A stretch of 17,285 bases of DNA. Origin: Candidatus Sumerlaeales bacterium (lineage in GTDB: Bacteria; Sumerlaeota; Sumerlaeia; Sumerlaeales; Sumerlaeaceae). Shown here in pieces: positions 15,738 through 17,285 of this stretch. Below the pieces are notes generated by a model. That model was not told the DNA's origin. It did no database searches and saw nothing but the letters and a program-made list of their open reading frames with translations. The position numbers and the translations under genes were made by a program. The first letter of the stretch is position 1. Each line of letters begins with the position of its first letter. The stretch is from the NCBI GenBank assembly GCA_038243585.1, contig JBBSQY010000061.1, forward strand, positions 1-17,285, read 5' to 3'.

Positions 15738-17285
15738 TTAGTAAATAGCCCAGTCAGACACGTCAGCCATTGTATTCTGGGCGCCAGGGGTACCAGAGTT
15801 TTTAGGCGTACCTTCAACAACCAGCGCTGGATGACCATGCCAGTTGCTACCGATAGCATTGTCCAGGTCAGGGCTGTTCAGTTCGATACTCTGACCCGTG
15901 GTGTTGCTGGTGGTCACCGGCCATCCGTCTGCAGTAGACGAATACGTCAGGTCATCCACATAAGTGGTCACACCGTTAAAACGGAATCCGTTTGGATGAC
16001 TCACATATATCCGATCCGAACTATTGCCCAGACTGAATGGATATTGATAGACTGGCACCCCAGCCGGAAGAGTAAAATCCGCCGCCATTGCCGTTGGGTT
16101 GAACGATAGAACAACATACCCGTTAGCAGCGATAACCGCATTGTCCGGAAACGTAAAGTATTCGGCGCTTGCGTCACCCACGCGATACTGGGAAAGTGTA
16201 ACGGTTGTGCTACTGGTATTATACAGTTCCAGCCATTCATAGCTATCGGTGCCTATAATATCATACTGGATTTCGTTGATGACGATCGACGTTGCTGGGT
16301 TATTATCGACCACGAAAACTTTATTGTCAGGACGCGCGCCTACGGACGGAAACCTGGTTACACTTGAATCTTCGTCTGTCGCCTCAACGTAGTATTTGAC
16401 GACAGTGCCGTCAACAAAAGGTCCGACAGTTACGGAGTAGCTTGTGCCTACTGCCGTTGCTGCGGTTTCTACGAAACCGGCACCAGAATTCACCAGAAAT
16501 TTTACTCCGGATACAGTGCCGTCGCCGTCGGTGACATTGGCTGTGATCGTAATTTGATCTGCAGATGTCGGAAACTGCTTATCCCGCTCGACAGAGTTTA
16601 CAAAAGGCGGGGTATTAGTGGTTGATAGCGGTAGGGTTGTGGTACCCGGGGTCATCGTGCCTCTATCCAGGCTGGCTGTCCAGTTGGTAGCGGTCACCTC
16701 GGTGGATTCATCATGGCCCGTCAGCCCGCTGCCGCCTGTGCTTACTTCCGCGTCTTCCGCCAGGCTGACGCGCGTCACGACATTTGCCGAAGTTGTTATG
16801 GATAAGTTTCCGTTTGTTCCGGCGTCAGGCTGATACGGAAAGTCTGTTTTAGGGACGAATCCATTGGCCGAATTTGCCGTGGTGGGGGTTCCCCACGATG
16901 CCATGTCAACGTCTGTGACAACGTCTCTGATTCCATTCCAATAGAAGAGAATCGAGAATTCACCATTAGTCGCAGAGGGGTTGGTGAGGTTAAAGTTAAC
17001 TGGCCTTGTGGCGGAATTGTTGAGCGAGATCATGTCAGGCACTTCTGCGTTTGTCGGCCCAACTTCAAAGATTAATGGAGCGCCGGGTAGCACATCATAG
17101 TTACTTTTCAGGCCGCCAAAAAACTCCGTAAAGAAATTTGTTGCTCCACCGGTGACTACTGCGACCTGGCCTGGCAGTAGCTGGAAACCGGCCGGGAAAC
17201 GAACCACGTGATCGGTGGTTGCGCCGCTCACTTTACCACTTGCGGAGGCCGGCAGACCTGAATAGTTGTTCGTGTCGGTCAGGTA
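15738..17285 (-). CDS. Secreted/surface protein with lamin-tail domains (LTD - Ig-like - LTD), 5'-truncated by the window edge
   Basis: The frame stays open to 17285 (YLTDTNNYSGLPASASGKVSGA..., at least 515 aa). LTD hallmarks IVINEIQY...YEWLELYN...VTLSQYRVGD...TPGAQN; an earlier LTD (YLTD...FPAG...LLPGQVAVV...TPG); Ig-like middle (ITITANVTDGDGTV...VKYYVEATD). Thr/Ser/Asn-rich. Confidence 0.88.
   Translation of the reverse strand, partial: YLTDTNNYSGLPASASGKVSGATTDHVVRFPAGFQLLPGQVAVVTGGATNFFTEFFGGLKSNYDVLPGAPLIFEVGPTNAEVPDMISLNNSATRPVNFNLTNPSATNGEFSILFYWNGIRDVVTDVDMASWGTPTTANSANGFVPKTDFPYQPDAGTNGNLSITTSANVVTRVSLAEDAEVSTGGSGLTGHDESTEVTATNWTASLDRGTMTPGTTTLPLSTTNTPPFVNSVERDKQFPTSADQITITANVTDGDGTVSGVKFLVNSGAGFVETAATAVGTSYSVTVGPFVDGTVVKYYVEATDEDSSVTRFPSVGARPDNKVFVVDNNPATSIVINEIQYDIIGTDSYEWLELYNTSSTTVTLSQYRVGDASAEYFTFPDNAVIAANGYVVLSFNPTAMAADFTLPAGVPVYQYPFSLGNSSDRIYVSHPNGFRFNGVTTYVDDLTYSSTADGWPVTTSNTTGQSIELNSPDLDNAIGSNWHGHPALVVEGTPKNSGTPGAQNTMADVSDWAIY

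Noticed and set aside
1..17285. CRISPR arrays, tRNA/rRNA genes, IS elements, prophage or defence genes
   Set aside because: No spaced repeat arrays, cloverleaf-like sequences or transposase/integrase/nuclease motifs were seen by eye in any intergenic region or ORF.

Overview
Bacterial genomic window containing three blocks. (1) Left, accessory envelope/transport genes: the 5' part of a YfhO-like GT-C membrane protein (minus strand, absent from the ORF track), an Opp/Dpp-type ABC permease pair without binding protein or ATPase, a ~810-aa secreted protein with an internal duplication broken by a 1-nt frameshift near 4303, a GT-C glycosyltransferase interrupted by an in-frame TAG at 5937-5939, and an intact divergent GT-C/TMTC-like protein. 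(2) Centre, a minus-strand F-type ATP synthase operon atpZ-atpI-atpB-atpE-atpF-atpH-[DinB-family gene]-atpA that ends at a strong terminator with no atpG/D/C. (3) Right, trxB and the 3' part of a lamin-tail-domain surface protein ending in ...VSDWAIY. Most notable: the DinB-family gene translationally coupled inside the ATP synthase operon, with a Cys-bearing loop insertion in AtpA and trxB directly upstream (hypothesis: thiol-linked control of ATP synthase), and the terminal 'V-x-D-W-x-x-Y' motif, a candidate sorting signal that from memory suggests Candidatus Sumerlaeota/BRC1 (unverified). All family assignments are by eye from motifs; no searches were run.
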